64,000 bases of DNA, taken from assembly GCA_963748015.1 (NCBI GenBank), contig CAVVHE010000004.1, positions 32,001 to 96,000 on the forward strand, in the 5' to 3' direction. Below, piece after piece: positions 19,079 through 28,893 of this stretch (positions are counted from its first letter, which is position 1; every line of letters starts with the position of its first letter). The stretch comes from Terriglobia bacterium (GTDB lineage: Bacteria; Acidobacteriota; Polarisedimenticolia; Polarisedimenticolales; JAIQFR01). The notes beneath the pieces are model-generated. The model was not told the origin of the DNA. It made no database searches and was given only the letters and a program-made list of their open reading frames with translations. A program made the translations under genes and the position numbers.

Positions 19079-19867
19079 TCAGCGGCGGGTCAGGGCGTGG
19101 AAGAGGATCCGGTCGAGAAGGCGGGGAGCGAGGGCGTTCAGCCAGACGAGGAGCTTGCCCTCGGGGGAGAGGACGAGCTCGCGGCGGCGCGACCTCGCCA
19201 TGCGCAGGATCGCGCGGGCGACGGACTCGGCGGAATGGCTGGCGACGCGCGTTCGCTTCTGGCGCGGGCCGATGCGGGTCAGGCGTGCCGAGAACTCGGT
19301 CTCGGTCGTCGAGGGGCAGACGAGACCGACGCTGACCCCGGACCCCACGAGCTCGGAGCGGAGGACGTCGGCCAGGCCGTGAAGCGCGAACTTGCTGGCG
19401 GAATATGCGGACGTGTGCGGCACGCCCCGTTTTCCCAGCACCGACGAGATCAGCAGGACGCGGCCGCTGCCCCTCGCGATCATCCCCCAAATGAACGGGC
19501 GGACGGTGCGGGCGACGCCGAAGACGTTCACCTCGAAGACGCTTCGCAGCTCCTCGTCGGGGGTCTTCGAGAACAGGGCGTCGAGGCCGATGCCGGCATT
19601 GGCGACGATCACGTCGGGCGGGCCGTGCTCGCGCAGGATCCGCTCGGTGACCGCCGCCATGCCGGCCGCGTCGGCCACGTCGGCCTGGATCGGTACGAGC
19701 TTGTCCGCTCCGCCGGCCTCGGCGGCGAGCGCCTCGAGACGAACTCTCGACCGCGCGAGCGCGAGCACGCGTCCCCCTTCGCGGACGAACGCGAGGGCGG
19801 TCGCGCGACCGATGCCCTCCGAGGCCCCGGTCACCAGGATCGTCTTCCCTGCGAATCGTCCGGCCAT
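19079..19867 (-). CDS. Short-chain dehydrogenase/reductase
   Basis: TGASEGIG, NAG, YSASK. Confidence 0.92.
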   Translation of the reverse strand: MAGRFAGKTILVTGASEGIGRATALAFVREGGRVLALARSRVRLEALAAEAGGADKLVPIQADVADAAGMAAVTERILREHGPPDVIVANAGIGLDALFSKTPDEELRSVFEVNVFGVARTVRPFIWGMIARGSGRVLLISSVLGKRGVPHTSAYSASKFALHGLADVLRSELVGSGVSVGLVCPSTTETEFSARLTRIGPRQKRTRVASHSAESVARAILRMARSRRRELVLSPEGKLLVWLNALAPRLLDRILFHALTRR

Positions 19868-19902
19868 CGGGTCGCTGCTCCGCGGCGCCGCGCGCCCGCC
19901 GT

Positions 19903-20958
19903 CTACTCGACGCGCACCGAGAGGGTTCCCACCTTCTCGAGGCTCGCCTGCAGGAGGTCGCCGGGGCGCACGGGACCGACGCCGGACGGGGTGCCCGTGA
20001 AGATCAGGTCGCCGCGCTCGAGCGTCATGAGCCGCGAGGCGAAGGCCACCAGCGCGGCCACTCCGTGGGTCATCCTGGAGGTGTCCGCCTCCTGGCGCCG
20101 CTCGCCGTTGACCTCGAGCGTCAGGCTGAGCCCGGATCCGTCGCCCACCTCGCCGCGCGGCGCGATCAACGAGACGGGGGCGGAGGTGTCGAATCCCTTC
20201 GATAGCGCCCACGGCTCGCCCTTGGCCTTCGCCGCGCTCTGGAGGTCGCGCAGGGTCATGTCGAGGCCGACGCCGTAGCCGAGCACGTGGTCGAGCGCCT
20301 TCGATTCCTCGATGGCGTGCCCCGCCTTCCCGACGACGATGACCAGCTCGACCTCGTGGTGGACCTCTCCGCAGTCCGGCGGGATCTTCACGACGCCGCC
20401 GTCGTGGAGGATCGCGCTCGCGGGCTTGAGGAAGAGCACCGGCGGCGAGGCCTCCTTCCAGCCCATCTCCTTCACGTGATCCGCGTAGTTCCTCCCGACG
20501 GCGAGGATCTTGCCGACGCGCACGCGCTCGCCGGTGCCCCGCATCGCCACGAACGGCTCCGAGGCCGGGCGGTCCATCGCGGGCCGGTACGGCCAGAGAT
20601 GCATCGAGCCCTGCGCGGTCGCCACGTGACGCCCGGTCGCGTCGAAGATCTCGCCTCCGGCGAACGCGACGCGGCGCCCCTTTCGCAGGACCCGCCCCTT
20701 CGCGTCGAGCCTTCCCTCGTGCGCTCCCTCGAGGAACTGCACCGACAGCGACGTCGTCGCGCACCACCACTCCGGGGGAAGCGCCGATACCACCGCGGCG
20801 CCGATCGCCGTGTCGAGCAGGGCCGCGAGCACGCCGCCGTGCACGACCCCGCCGCTGTTCAGGTGATGGGGCCCGAGATCGAGGTGCGCCTCCGCCTCGC
20901 CGCCCTCCATCCGAGTGATCTCGATCCCGAGGTACTTGTTGAACGGGGGCACCTTCAC
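19903..20958 (-). CDS. PaaI hotdog thioesterase fused to a fumarylacetoacetate hydrolase family domain
   Basis: N-terminal HLNSGGVVHGGVLAALLD; C-terminal VGRNYADH, FLKP, HHEVEL, DMTLRDLQ, GDLIFTGTPSGVG; RBS AGGAGG. Confidence 0.88.
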   Translation of the reverse strand: MKVPPFNKYLGIEITRMEGGEAEAHLDLGPHHLNSGGVVHGGVLAALLDTAIGAAVVSALPPEWWCATTSLSVQFLEGAHEGRLDAKGRVLRKGRRVAFAGGEIFDATGRHVATAQGSMHLWPYRPAMDRPASEPFVAMRGTGERVRVGKILAVGRNYADHVKEMGWKEASPPVLFLKPASAILHDGGVVKIPPDCGEVHHEVELVIVVGKAGHAIEESKALDHVLGYGVGLDMTLRDLQSAAKAKGEPWALSKGFDTSAPVSLIAPRGEVGDGSGLSLTLEVNGERRQEADTSRMTHGVAALVAFASRLMTLERGDLIFTGTPSGVGPVRPGDLLQASLEKVGTLSVRVE

Positions 20959-21108
20959 CGGAACCTCCTGAGCGCGCCGTCTGTCATCCCCTGCGCGACG
21001 GGAAGAGAATAGCCCATGAGGCGTCCCGGTTGGTCCACCTCGCGCAATCACCGATCCGGCGACAGTCCCGAAGGGGACGCCGCGACAAGTCCCGGCTGAC
21101 TTCACCAC

Positions 21109-21298
21109 CGCGGCGAGGCCGTCTGCAGTACTGCCGGCGACCTCCCTCGGCGACGACCCGCATCGGCCGCGCGAGGGGTCGAGCAAACGCGATGGCGCGA
21201 ACCCTAGCGCCATCGCGCTCGACCCCTCGCGCGGCCGTGCAGGGGTCCCCGTCGCCTCGGGCATCGTCGCCGGCAGTACTGCAGACGGCCTCGCCGCG
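21109..21298 (+). repeat. Hairpin repeat family A, copy 2
   Basis: Shared core with perfect 33-bp copy-specific arms (21109-21141/21266-21298). Confidence 0.92.
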
Positions 21299-21447
21299 CG
21301 CCCGCCATCGCGCGGATCAATGTTCACCCTTTAAGTCTATGATTCGTGGAGACCTTCTTTCGAAACTGCTAAAGTGAAGCAACCAGAAGGGCGAGAGCCG
21401 CCGCGAACACCCCAGAGAGCGCTCTCCGCAAAGAGAAAGGAAAGTCC

Positions 21448-22734
21448 ATGGCGACAAAAGGCTTCAATGCGTTCGAGATGGCCCAGGCGCAGTTCGACAA
21501 GGTCGCGAACCTGCTGAGCCTCGACCAGGCCACGCGGGACCTGCTCCGGTTCCCCCTCCGCGAGTACCACTTCTCGATCCCGGTGCGGATGGACGACGGC
21601 ACCATGAAGGTGTTCCGCGGGTTCCGGGTCCAGCACAACGACGCCCGCGGCCCGGCCAAGGGCGGGATCCGGTTCCACCCGCAGGAGACCGTGGACACGG
21701 TCCGCGCCCTCGCGATGTGGATGACCTGGAAGTGCTCGGTCGTGGACATCCCGCTCGGCGGCGGCAAGGGAGGGGTCATCTGCGACCCGCACAACCTGAG
21801 CCAGCGCGAGCAGGAGTTGATCTGCCGCGGCTGGGTGCGTCAGATCGCGCGCGACGTGGGGCCGTTCCGCGACGTTCCCGCTCCCGACGTCATGACCGCC
21901 GGCCACCACATGCTCTGGATGCTCGACGAGTTCGAGACGATCCACGGCGGAAGGTACCCCGGGTTCATCACGGGCAAGCCCGTGGGGCTCGGCGGCTCGC
22001 TCGGGCGCACCGAGGCGACCGGCTACGGCGTCGTGTTCACCGTCCGCGAGGCCCTCAAGGAGCTCGGCATCAACCCGAAGGACACGATCGCCAGCGTCCA
22101 GGGGTTCGGCAACGTCGCGCAGTACGCGATCGAGCTGTACCACCAGATGGGCGGCAAGGTCATCTGCGTGTCTTGCTGGGACCAGGCCGACCAGAAGTCC
22201 TACTCGTACAAGAAGAAGGACGGGGTGGACCTGAAGGTGCTGCTCGGGATCACCGACCGCTTCGGCGGGATCGACAAAACGAAGGCGAAGAGCCTCGGCT
22301 ACGAGGTGCTGCCGGCCGATGCGTGGATCGAGCAGGAGGTGGACATCCTCATGCCGAGCGCCATCGAGAACCAGATCACCGTCGAAAACGTCCAGAAGAT
22401 CCACAAGCGGGTCAAGCTGATCGCCGAGGGCGCGAACGGCCCGACGACCCCCGAGGCCGACGCGGTGATCAAGGAGCGCGGGATCTTCATGATCCCCGAC
22501 TTCCTCGCCAACGCCGGCGGGGTCACCTGCAGCTACTTCGAGCAGGTGCAGTGCAACATGAACTACTTCTGGGAGAAGGACGAGGTCCTCGGGAAGCTCG
22601 ATCTCAAGATGACCTCGGCCTATCTCTCCGTCAGCGAGCTGGCCCGCAAGCAGAAGCTCTACATGCGGGACGCGGCGTACGTGGCCTCCGTGAGCCGCGT
22701 CGCCCAGGCCTGCCACGAGCGCGGCTGGGTGTGA
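21448..22734 (+). CDS. Glu/Leu/Phe/Val dehydrogenase (glutamate dehydrogenase, likely catabolic NAD(P) type)
   Basis: GPAKGGIRFHP, MTWKC, GGGKGG, DVPAPDV, GRTEATGYG, QGFGNV, EGANGP, ANAGGVTCSYFE. Confidence 0.93.
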   Translation: MATKGFNAFEMAQAQFDKVANLLSLDQATRDLLRFPLREYHFSIPVRMDDGTMKVFRGFRVQHNDARGPAKGGIRFHPQETVDTVRALAMWMTWKCSVVDIPLGGGKGGVICDPHNLSQREQELICRGWVRQIARDVGPFRDVPAPDVMTAGHHMLWMLDEFETIHGGRYPGFITGKPVGLGGSLGRTEATGYGVVFTVREALKELGINPKDTIASVQGFGNVAQYAIELYHQMGGKVICVSCWDQADQKSYSYKKKDGVDLKVLLGITDRFGGIDKTKAKSLGYEVLPADAWIEQEVDILMPSAIENQITVENVQKIHKRVKLIAEGANGPTTPEADAVIKERGIFMIPDFLANAGGVTCSYFEQVQCNMNYFWEKDEVLGKLDLKMTSAYLSVSELARKQKLYMRDAAYVASVSRVAQACHERGWV

Positions 22735-22747
22735 GTCGTAACGGGAG

Positions 22748-22785
22748 CGGATCCCGCGGCGGCATTGCACCCGCCGCGGGATCCG
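22748..22785 (+). other. Perfect 15-bp GC hairpin just after the dehydrogenase gene (mRNA stabiliser or atypical terminator)
   Basis: CGGATCCCGCGGCGG-cattgcac-CCGCCGCGGGATCCG, with no U-tract. Confidence 0.6.
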
Positions 22786-22864
22786 TCCCCGATTCGTCCG
22801 GCGCGCCATCCGATCGGGCGCCGGGTTATCATCCGGGCTCATAGACATCTGGCCACCCGGAGCG

Positions 22865-24619
22865 ATGCCCATGGACGTCCCGACGGTCCCCGACGTTCCC
22901 AAGTTCGACCGGCACTTCTTCGACGGTAAGGAGAAGTTCACCCGGATCGGCGACGGCGCCGTCGGGGGAAAAGGCGCCGGGCTCCTGAGGATCCACGAGA
23001 TCCTCCTCTCGCGCCTCGATCCGGCGACGTTCCCCGCGTTCGTCGTGGACATCCCGACCCTCACGGTCGTCGCGACGGACATGTTCGACGCGTTCATGGA
23101 GCGCAACCACCTGCACGAGGTGGCGTTCTCGGATCTTCCGGACGACCGGATCGCGCACGCGTTCCAGAAGGCGGAGCTGCCCACGGAACTGCTCGGGGAC
23201 CTGCGCGGGCTGATCGAGAAGGTGCACCAGCCCCTCGCGGTTCGCTCGTCGAGCCTCCTCGAGGACGCCCTGTACCGGCCGTTCGCCGGGATCTACCAGA
23301 CGAAGATGATCCCCAACAACCAGTTCGACACGGACACCCGCTTCCGCCGGCTGGCCGAGGCGATCAAGTTCGTCTACGCCTCCACCTTCTCGAAGAGCGC
23401 CAAGAACTACGTGAAGATGACCGACCGGGGGATCGAGGACGAGAAGATGGCCGTCCTGATCCAGGAGGTGGTCGGGCGGAGGCACGGAGACCGTTTCTAC
23501 CCCGACCTCGCCGGCGTGGTCCGATCGTACAGCTTCTACCGGTCCGGCCACGCGCTGCCGGAGGACGGCGTCGTGGACCTGGCACTCGGACTCGGGAAGT
23601 CGATCGTGGACGGCGGCATCGTATGGACCTACTGCCCGGCGTATCCCAAGGCGCCAGCCCCGTTCGGATCCGCCGGCGAGATGCTCGACCGGACGCAGGC
23701 GGAGTTCTGGGCGGTGAACATGGGGAAGCCCCCCGCCCACGACCCGATGAACGAGACGGAGTACCTCGTCAAGGCCGGGTTGCCGGAGGCGGAGGCCGAC
23801 GGCACGCTCTGGCGGGTCGCCTCCACCTACGACGCCGCGTCGGACCGCCTACGGCCGGGGTTGAGCGGGCCGGGACCACGAGTCCTCGACTTCGCCCCGG
23901 TCCTCGTGCACGAGCGCGTCCCCTTGAACGCCCTGATCCGCAAGCTCATGAAGGATTGCGAGGAGTCGCTCGGGGAGAAGGTCGAGATCGAGTTCGCGCT
24001 CACCTTCGACGAGGAGGGGAGCGGCACCGCGCGGTTCGGCTTCCTCCAGGTTCGCCCCCTCGTGGTCTCGAGCGAGTTCGTCGAGGTGACCGAGGCGGAC
24101 CTTTCGGCCGGCGGAGTCCTGGTCGCGTCCGGAAACGTCATGGGCAACGGGGCCGTGGACGACGTGCGCGACGTCGTGTACGTGCGCCCCGGCGCTTTCG
24201 AGCCCAGGCTCACGCGGACCGCGGCCGTCGAGATCGCCGCGATCAACAACCGGCTGCTCGAGGAGCGGCGCCCGTTCCTGCTGATCGGGTTCGGGCGTTG
24301 GGGAAGCTCCGACCCGTCGCTCGGCATCCCGGTGGACTGGGGCCAGATCTGCGGCGCCCGGGCCATCGTCGAGGCCACGCTCCCGGCGATGAACGTGGAT
24401 CTCTCGCAGGGCTCTCATTTCTTCCACAACATCTCCAGCTTCGAGGTGAGCTATTTTTGCGCCCGCCACGACCGGGACGACCGGATCGACTGGGACTGGC
24501 TGGAAGGGCAGCAGCCCGAATCCGATACGGGCCTCGTCCGACACCTGCGGATCGCCGAGCCCCTCGCGATCCGCGTGGACGGGCGCGCCGGCCGCGGCGT
24601 GATCCGTATTCGAGGTTGA
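22865..24619 (+). CDS. PEP synthase/PPDK-like ATP-grasp (PEP/pyruvate-binding domain) protein, stand-alone form
   Basis: VGGKGAGL, AVRSSSLLED, FAGIY, MAVLIQEVVG, LGLG, EIEFA, LQVRP; C-terminal GRWGS and SQGSHFF. Confidence 0.85.
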   Translation: MPMDVPTVPDVPKFDRHFFDGKEKFTRIGDGAVGGKGAGLLRIHEILLSRLDPATFPAFVVDIPTLTVVATDMFDAFMERNHLHEVAFSDLPDDRIAHAFQKAELPTELLGDLRGLIEKVHQPLAVRSSSLLEDALYRPFAGIYQTKMIPNNQFDTDTRFRRLAEAIKFVYASTFSKSAKNYVKMTDRGIEDEKMAVLIQEVVGRRHGDRFYPDLAGVVRSYSFYRSGHALPEDGVVDLALGLGKSIVDGGIVWTYCPAYPKAPAPFGSAGEMLDRTQAEFWAVNMGKPPAHDPMNETEYLVKAGLPEAEADGTLWRVASTYDAASDRLRPGLSGPGPRVLDFAPVLVHERVPLNALIRKLMKDCEESLGEKVEIEFALTFDEEGSGTARFGFLQVRPLVVSSEFVEVTEADLSAGGVLVASGNVMGNGAVDDVRDVVYVRPGAFEPRLTRTAAVEIAAINNRLLEERRPFLLIGFGRWGSSDPSLGIPVDWGQICGARAIVEATLPAMNVDLSQGSHFFHNISSFEVSYFCARHDRDDRIDWDWLEGQQPESDTGLVRHLRIAEPLAIRVDGRAGRGVIRIRG

Positions 24620-24623
24620 CCCC

Positions 24624-27600
24624 ATGGACCTGACGCACGACCCGATCGACAAGATCCTCGAGGCGCTCCAGGAGCGCGCGAAGGAGCTGAACTGCCTCTA
24701 CCAGGTGGACGAGCTCCTCGGCAAGGTGGACGCAGCGCCCGAGGAGGTGTTCCGCGGGCTGCTCGCGATCGTCCCCGCGGGTTGGCAATACCCCGGGATC
24801 TGCAGGGCGAGGATCGCGATCGACGAAAACGTCTACCAGCCGACCGATTTCCAGGAGACCCCCTGGATCCTGGGCGCGCCGATCGTCGTGCAGGGGAGGA
24901 CGGCCGGCAAGCTCGAGGTCTGCTACCTCGAGGCGATGCCCCGCTCCGACGAGGGGCCGTTCCTCAAGGAGGAGCGCAAGCTCATCGACACGATCGCGCA
25001 GCGAATGGCGCACTACGTGACCCACCGGAAGCTGGAAGGGGCGGTGCGCGAGTGGGACGTCGCCCACCAGCCCAGTGCCCAGCGGAAGCAGGACTGGTGG
25101 GTGATCATCGAGTTCCTCCGCTACACCGACCGGAACCTCCTGATCCGGCTGTCGCGGAAGATGCTCAACCACCTCTGCTGGAACGGGATCGAGGAGGCCC
25201 AGAGCCTCATGCAGCGCTTCGCCCCGGACCGGGGGACGCAGGAGGACGACTCGCTCGACGACAACCGGCCGGTGGAGAAGAAGACGCTGCAGGACCTGCT
25301 GCACCTGACCGAGGAGACCTTTCTCATCGCCGCGGCCCACCTGAGCGAGGCCGAGATCGTGTCCCGGATCCAGAAGTGGATCAAGGACGACAAATCGAGC
25401 TTTCTCCTCGAGGCCCTCGAGAATCCCGCCACCACCGTGACCGAGATCGCCGAGGCGATCCAGCGGTTCCGCTTCGTCGGGGTGGAGCCGCGCGAGATGA
25501 CGCGGCCGGTCCAGATGGCGATGAGCGTCTCGCTGGTTCGCCGGTTCTTCTCCGACGAGCTCGAGTTCATCAACACCGCGAAGAACTGGGTGAGCGTCAA
25601 CGACTTCTTCGACCTGGCGCAGCGGATCATCTCCCCGCCGAACGGCCACGGGAAGCTCGGCGGGAAGAGCTCGGGGCTGTTCCTCGCGTCGCAGATCATC
25701 AGGAAGTCGCCCGAGTACGCCGAGCTGCTCGCGGAGATCAAGGTGCCGAAGACGTGGTACGTCACGTCGGACGGCCTGCTGGACTTCATCCAGTACAACC
25801 ACCTCGAGGACGTTTACAACCGGAAGTACCTGGAGCTCGACCAGGTCCGGCGCGAGTACCCGCACATCGTGCAGGTGTTCAAGAACTCCCACTTCTCGCC
25901 CGAGGTGGTCAAGGGTCTGTCGATGGCCCTCGACGACTTCGAGGAGCGGCCCCTGATCGTGCGCTCGTCGAGCCTCCTCGAGGACCGGATGGGCGCCGCG
26001 TTCTCCGGGAAGTACAAGAGCCTGTTCCTTGCCAACCAGGGGGGCAAGCGGGAACGGCTCGCGGCGCTGCAGGACGCGATCGCCGAGGTTTACGCCTCGA
26101 TCTTCGGCCCGGACCCGCTCGAGTACCGGGCGGAGCGCGGCCTCCTCGACCTGCACGAAGAGATGGGGATCATGATCCAGGAGGTGGTCGGGACGAAGGT
26201 CGGCGACTACTTCATGCCTGCGTACTCCGGCGTGGCCTTCAGCAACAACGAGTTCCGCTGGTCCGCGCGGATCAAGCGCGACGACGGTCTGCTGCGTCTC
26301 GTCCCCGGGCTCGGGACGCGCGCAGTGGACCGGATGGTGGACGACTACCCGATCCTGATCGCGCCCGGGCAGCCCGGCCTCAGGGTCAACGTGACGACGG
26401 ACGAGGTGGTCCGGTACTCGCCGAAGATGGTGGACGTCATCAACCTGAGAACCCGCGCGTTCGAGTCCATCGAGGTGACGAGGCTGCTGAAGGAGCAGGG
26501 GGCGTCCTACCCGATGGTCGGCGACCTCGTCTCCGTCGTGGAGCACGAGGGGATAAGGCGGCCGCTCCCCTTCCAGATCGATTTCGAGAAGGACGACCTC
26601 GTCGTCACGTTCGACGGCCTCGCGTCCCGCACCCCCTTCGTCATGCGGATGCGGAACCTGCTCAAGCTCCTCCAGGACAAGCTCGGCGTGCCGGTGGACG
26701 TGGAGTTCGCGCACAACGGGACGCACCTCTACCTGCTGCAGTGCCGCCCGCAGAGCTACGCCTCCGAGGCCGTGTCGGTGCCGATCCCGGCGGACCTGCC
26801 CCGCGACCGCATCGTTTTCACCGCGAACCGCTACGTCTCGAACGGACGGGTCCCGGACATCACCCACGTGGTCTACGTGGACCCGGCGAAGTACAACAGC
26901 ATCGCGGACCTCGCGACGCTCCGGGAGGTCGGACGCACGGTCGGCAAGCTGAACAAGCTCCTCCCGAAGCGGCAGTTCATCCTGATGGGGCCGGGGCGGT
27001 GGGGGAGCCGCGGGGACATCAAGCTCGGCGTGAGCGTCACCTACTCCGAGATCAACAACACGGCGGTGCTCGTCGAGGTCGCGCGCAAGGAGGGGAACTA
27101 CGTCCCCGATCTCTCGTTCGGGACCCACTTCTTCCAGGACCTCGTCGAGGCGGGTATCCGCTACCTCCCGCTGTACCCCGACGAGCCCGAGAACGTGTTC
27201 AACGAGGAGTTCCTGAACCGGTCGCCGAACATCCTCGAGGAGCTGCTCCCGGGATCCGACCGGGTGGCGGAGGCGATCCGCGTCATCGACGTGGCGAGCG
27301 CGACCGACGGACTGGTCCTCAAGGTCCTCATGAACGCCGACCAGGACCGGGCGGTCGGCGTCCTGGCGACGCCGACCTCCGCGGTCGCCGACGTCGCGGC
27401 CGACCGGCGCCGCGAAGCGGAGGCGCTCGCGGCGGACGCGCACTGGCGCTGGCGCCTCCGGGCGGCGGAGAGGATCGCCGCGAACCTCGACGGCACGCGG
27501 TTCGGCGTGAAGGCGATGTACGTCTTCGGCTCGACCAAGAACGCGACCGCGGGCCCCGCGAGCGACATCGACCTGCTGATCCACTTCGCCGGGAGCGACG

Positions 27601-27812
27601 AGCAGAAGCGGGACCTCGACCGGTGGCTCGAGGGGTGGAGCCTCTCGCTCGCCGAGTTCAACTTCCTGCGCACCGGCACGAAGACCGACGGGCTCCTCGA
27701 TCCCCACTTCGTGAGCGACGACGACATCGTGCGCCAGACCAGCTACGCCGCGAAGATCGGCGCCGTCACCGATGCCGCGAGGCCGTTGCGACTTGGAGCG
27801 GCTACCGACTAG
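24624..27812 (+). CDS. PPDK-like ATP-grasp protein with N-terminal GAF-like sensor and C-terminal nucleotidyltransferase domain
   Basis: N-terminal ERAKELNCLY...WQYP...GPFLKEE; core LGGKSSGL, VRSSSLLED, LQCRP, GRWGS, SFGTHFF; C-terminal YVFGSTKNATAGPASDIDL. Confidence 0.85.
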   Translation: MDLTHDPIDKILEALQERAKELNCLYQVDELLGKVDAAPEEVFRGLLAIVPAGWQYPGICRARIAIDENVYQPTDFQETPWILGAPIVVQGRTAGKLEVCYLEAMPRSDEGPFLKEERKLIDTIAQRMAHYVTHRKLEGAVREWDVAHQPSAQRKQDWWVIIEFLRYTDRNLLIRLSRKMLNHLCWNGIEEAQSLMQRFAPDRGTQEDDSLDDNRPVEKKTLQDLLHLTEETFLIAAAHLSEAEIVSRIQKWIKDDKSSFLLEALENPATTVTEIAEAIQRFRFVGVEPREMTRPVQMAMSVSLVRRFFSDELEFINTAKNWVSVNDFFDLAQRIISPPNGHGKLGGKSSGLFLASQIIRKSPEYAELLAEIKVPKTWYVTSDGLLDFIQYNHLEDVYNRKYLELDQVRREYPHIVQVFKNSHFSPEVVKGLSMALDDFEERPLIVRSSSLLEDRMGAAFSGKYKSLFLANQGGKRERLAALQDAIAEVYASIFGPDPLEYRAERGLLDLHEEMGIMIQEVVGTKVGDYFMPAYSGVAFSNNEFRWSARIKRDDGLLRLVPGLGTRAVDRMVDDYPILIAPGQPGLRVNVTTDEVVRYSPKMVDVINLRTRAFESIEVTRLLKEQGASYPMVGDLVSVVEHEGIRRPLPFQIDFEKDDLVVTFDGLASRTPFVMRMRNLLKLLQDKLGVPVDVEFAHNGTHLYLLQCRPQSYASEAVSVPIPADLPRDRIVFTANRYVSNGRVPDITHVVYVDPAKYNSIADLATLREVGRTVGKLNKLLPKRQFILMGPGRWGSRGDIKLGVSVTYSEINNTAVLVEVARKEGNYVPDLSFGTHFFQDLVEAGIRYLPLYPDEPENVFNEEFLNRSPNILEELLPGSDRVAEAIRVIDVASATDGLVLKVLMNADQDRAVGVLATPTSAVADVAADRRREAEALAADAHWRWRLRAAERIAANLDGTRFGVKAMYVFGSTKNATAGPASDIDLLIHFAGSDEQKRDLDRWLEGWSLSLAEFNFLRTGTKTDGLLDPHFVSDDDIVRQTSYAAKIGAVTDAARPLRLGAATD

Positions 27813-27819
27813 TCGGCAG

Positions 27820-28011
27820 CCCGGCCGTCCGATCCGGAATCTCCCTCCGGGGACCTCCCTCGGCGACGACCCGCATCGGCCGCGCGAAGGACCTCGCAAG
27901 CGCGATGGGGCCCCCTATCCCCATCGCGCGAGGCCTTTCGCGCGGCCGTGCAGGGGTCCCCGTCGCCTCGGGCATCGTCCCCGGAGGGAGATTCCGGATC
28001 GGACGGCCGGG
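27820..28011 (+). repeat. Hairpin repeat family A, copy 3 (most diverged core)
   Basis: Perfect 35-bp arms (27820-27854/27977-28011); the core stem carries compensatory changes. Confidence 0.92.
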
Positions 28012-28021
28012 AAGAAGTCGA

Positions 28022-28886
28022 CTAGAGCAGTTCCCGTATAGCGGCGTCGAGGTCGTCCGGCGAAAACCGGACGAGGGCCAGCTCGGGGCCGTCGTGGGCG
28101 GCGGAGAAGGCGTGGGTCCGGCCGAGGCGGTCGCGCCAGGAGCCGGTGATCCGCGCCGACTCGTGCACGTGGCCGTGGAGGGTCAGCAGGGGCTGGCGGG
28201 CCTCGACGAAGCGGCGGACGGCCATGCTCCCGACGTGAACGTCGAGCGGCACGTGGTCCACGGTCATCCCGTCGAGGGCCGCTCGATCGAGCAGGGTCTT
28301 GTACGGCGGGGTGTGCATCAGGAAGATCGACCGCGAGAGGTCGGCGTCTCCCGCGAGCCGGTCGAGATCCTCGCGGATCGTGCCGAACCGGAGATCGTGC
28401 TCGTTCGTCTCGACCGTGTGCCACCCCTCCTCGGGGGCGTAGCAGCCCGGGTCCACGTAGCGCGAGACGTCGTAGCGCTCCCAGTCCTTGAGGCGGAAAG
28501 GGGTAGGCGGTACGCAGGCGTAGCCGTAAACGGTGAGTTCGCCCCAGGCGACGCTGCGCCCGTGAGCGTAATCGAAGAGGCCTCGCTCCGAAGCTTCGAG
28601 GATCGCCTGCTCCTCGAATCGCGCGTCGTCGTTCCCGAGGATCAGGAATACTCGTCGGGTAGGCTTCTCCGAGCCGCTCCCGGAGCGAGGCGAATCCTGC
28701 GACCAGGTCGTCATGGATGAAACCGTGGTGGGCCAAGCCGGCGGATCCCGTCGCCATCATCGGGTGGGGGAGGAGGTCGCCGCCCAGGAACACCGCCTCG
28801 GGGCGCTCGGAGGCGACGGCGGCGAACAGCTTCCGGTACCGGTCGAGGCGGCCGTGCAGGTCGGAGACGAAGAAGCAGTCGCTCAC
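28022..28886 (-). pseudogene. Calcineurin-like metallophosphoesterase split by a +1 frameshift near 28655 (error or pseudogene)
   Basis: One frame gives SDLHG and LGGDL; after ...AYP, a second frame gives RVFLILGNDD, MHTPP, HVGS, LHGHVHES. Confidence 0.8.
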
Positions 28887-28893
28887 GGCGCGC

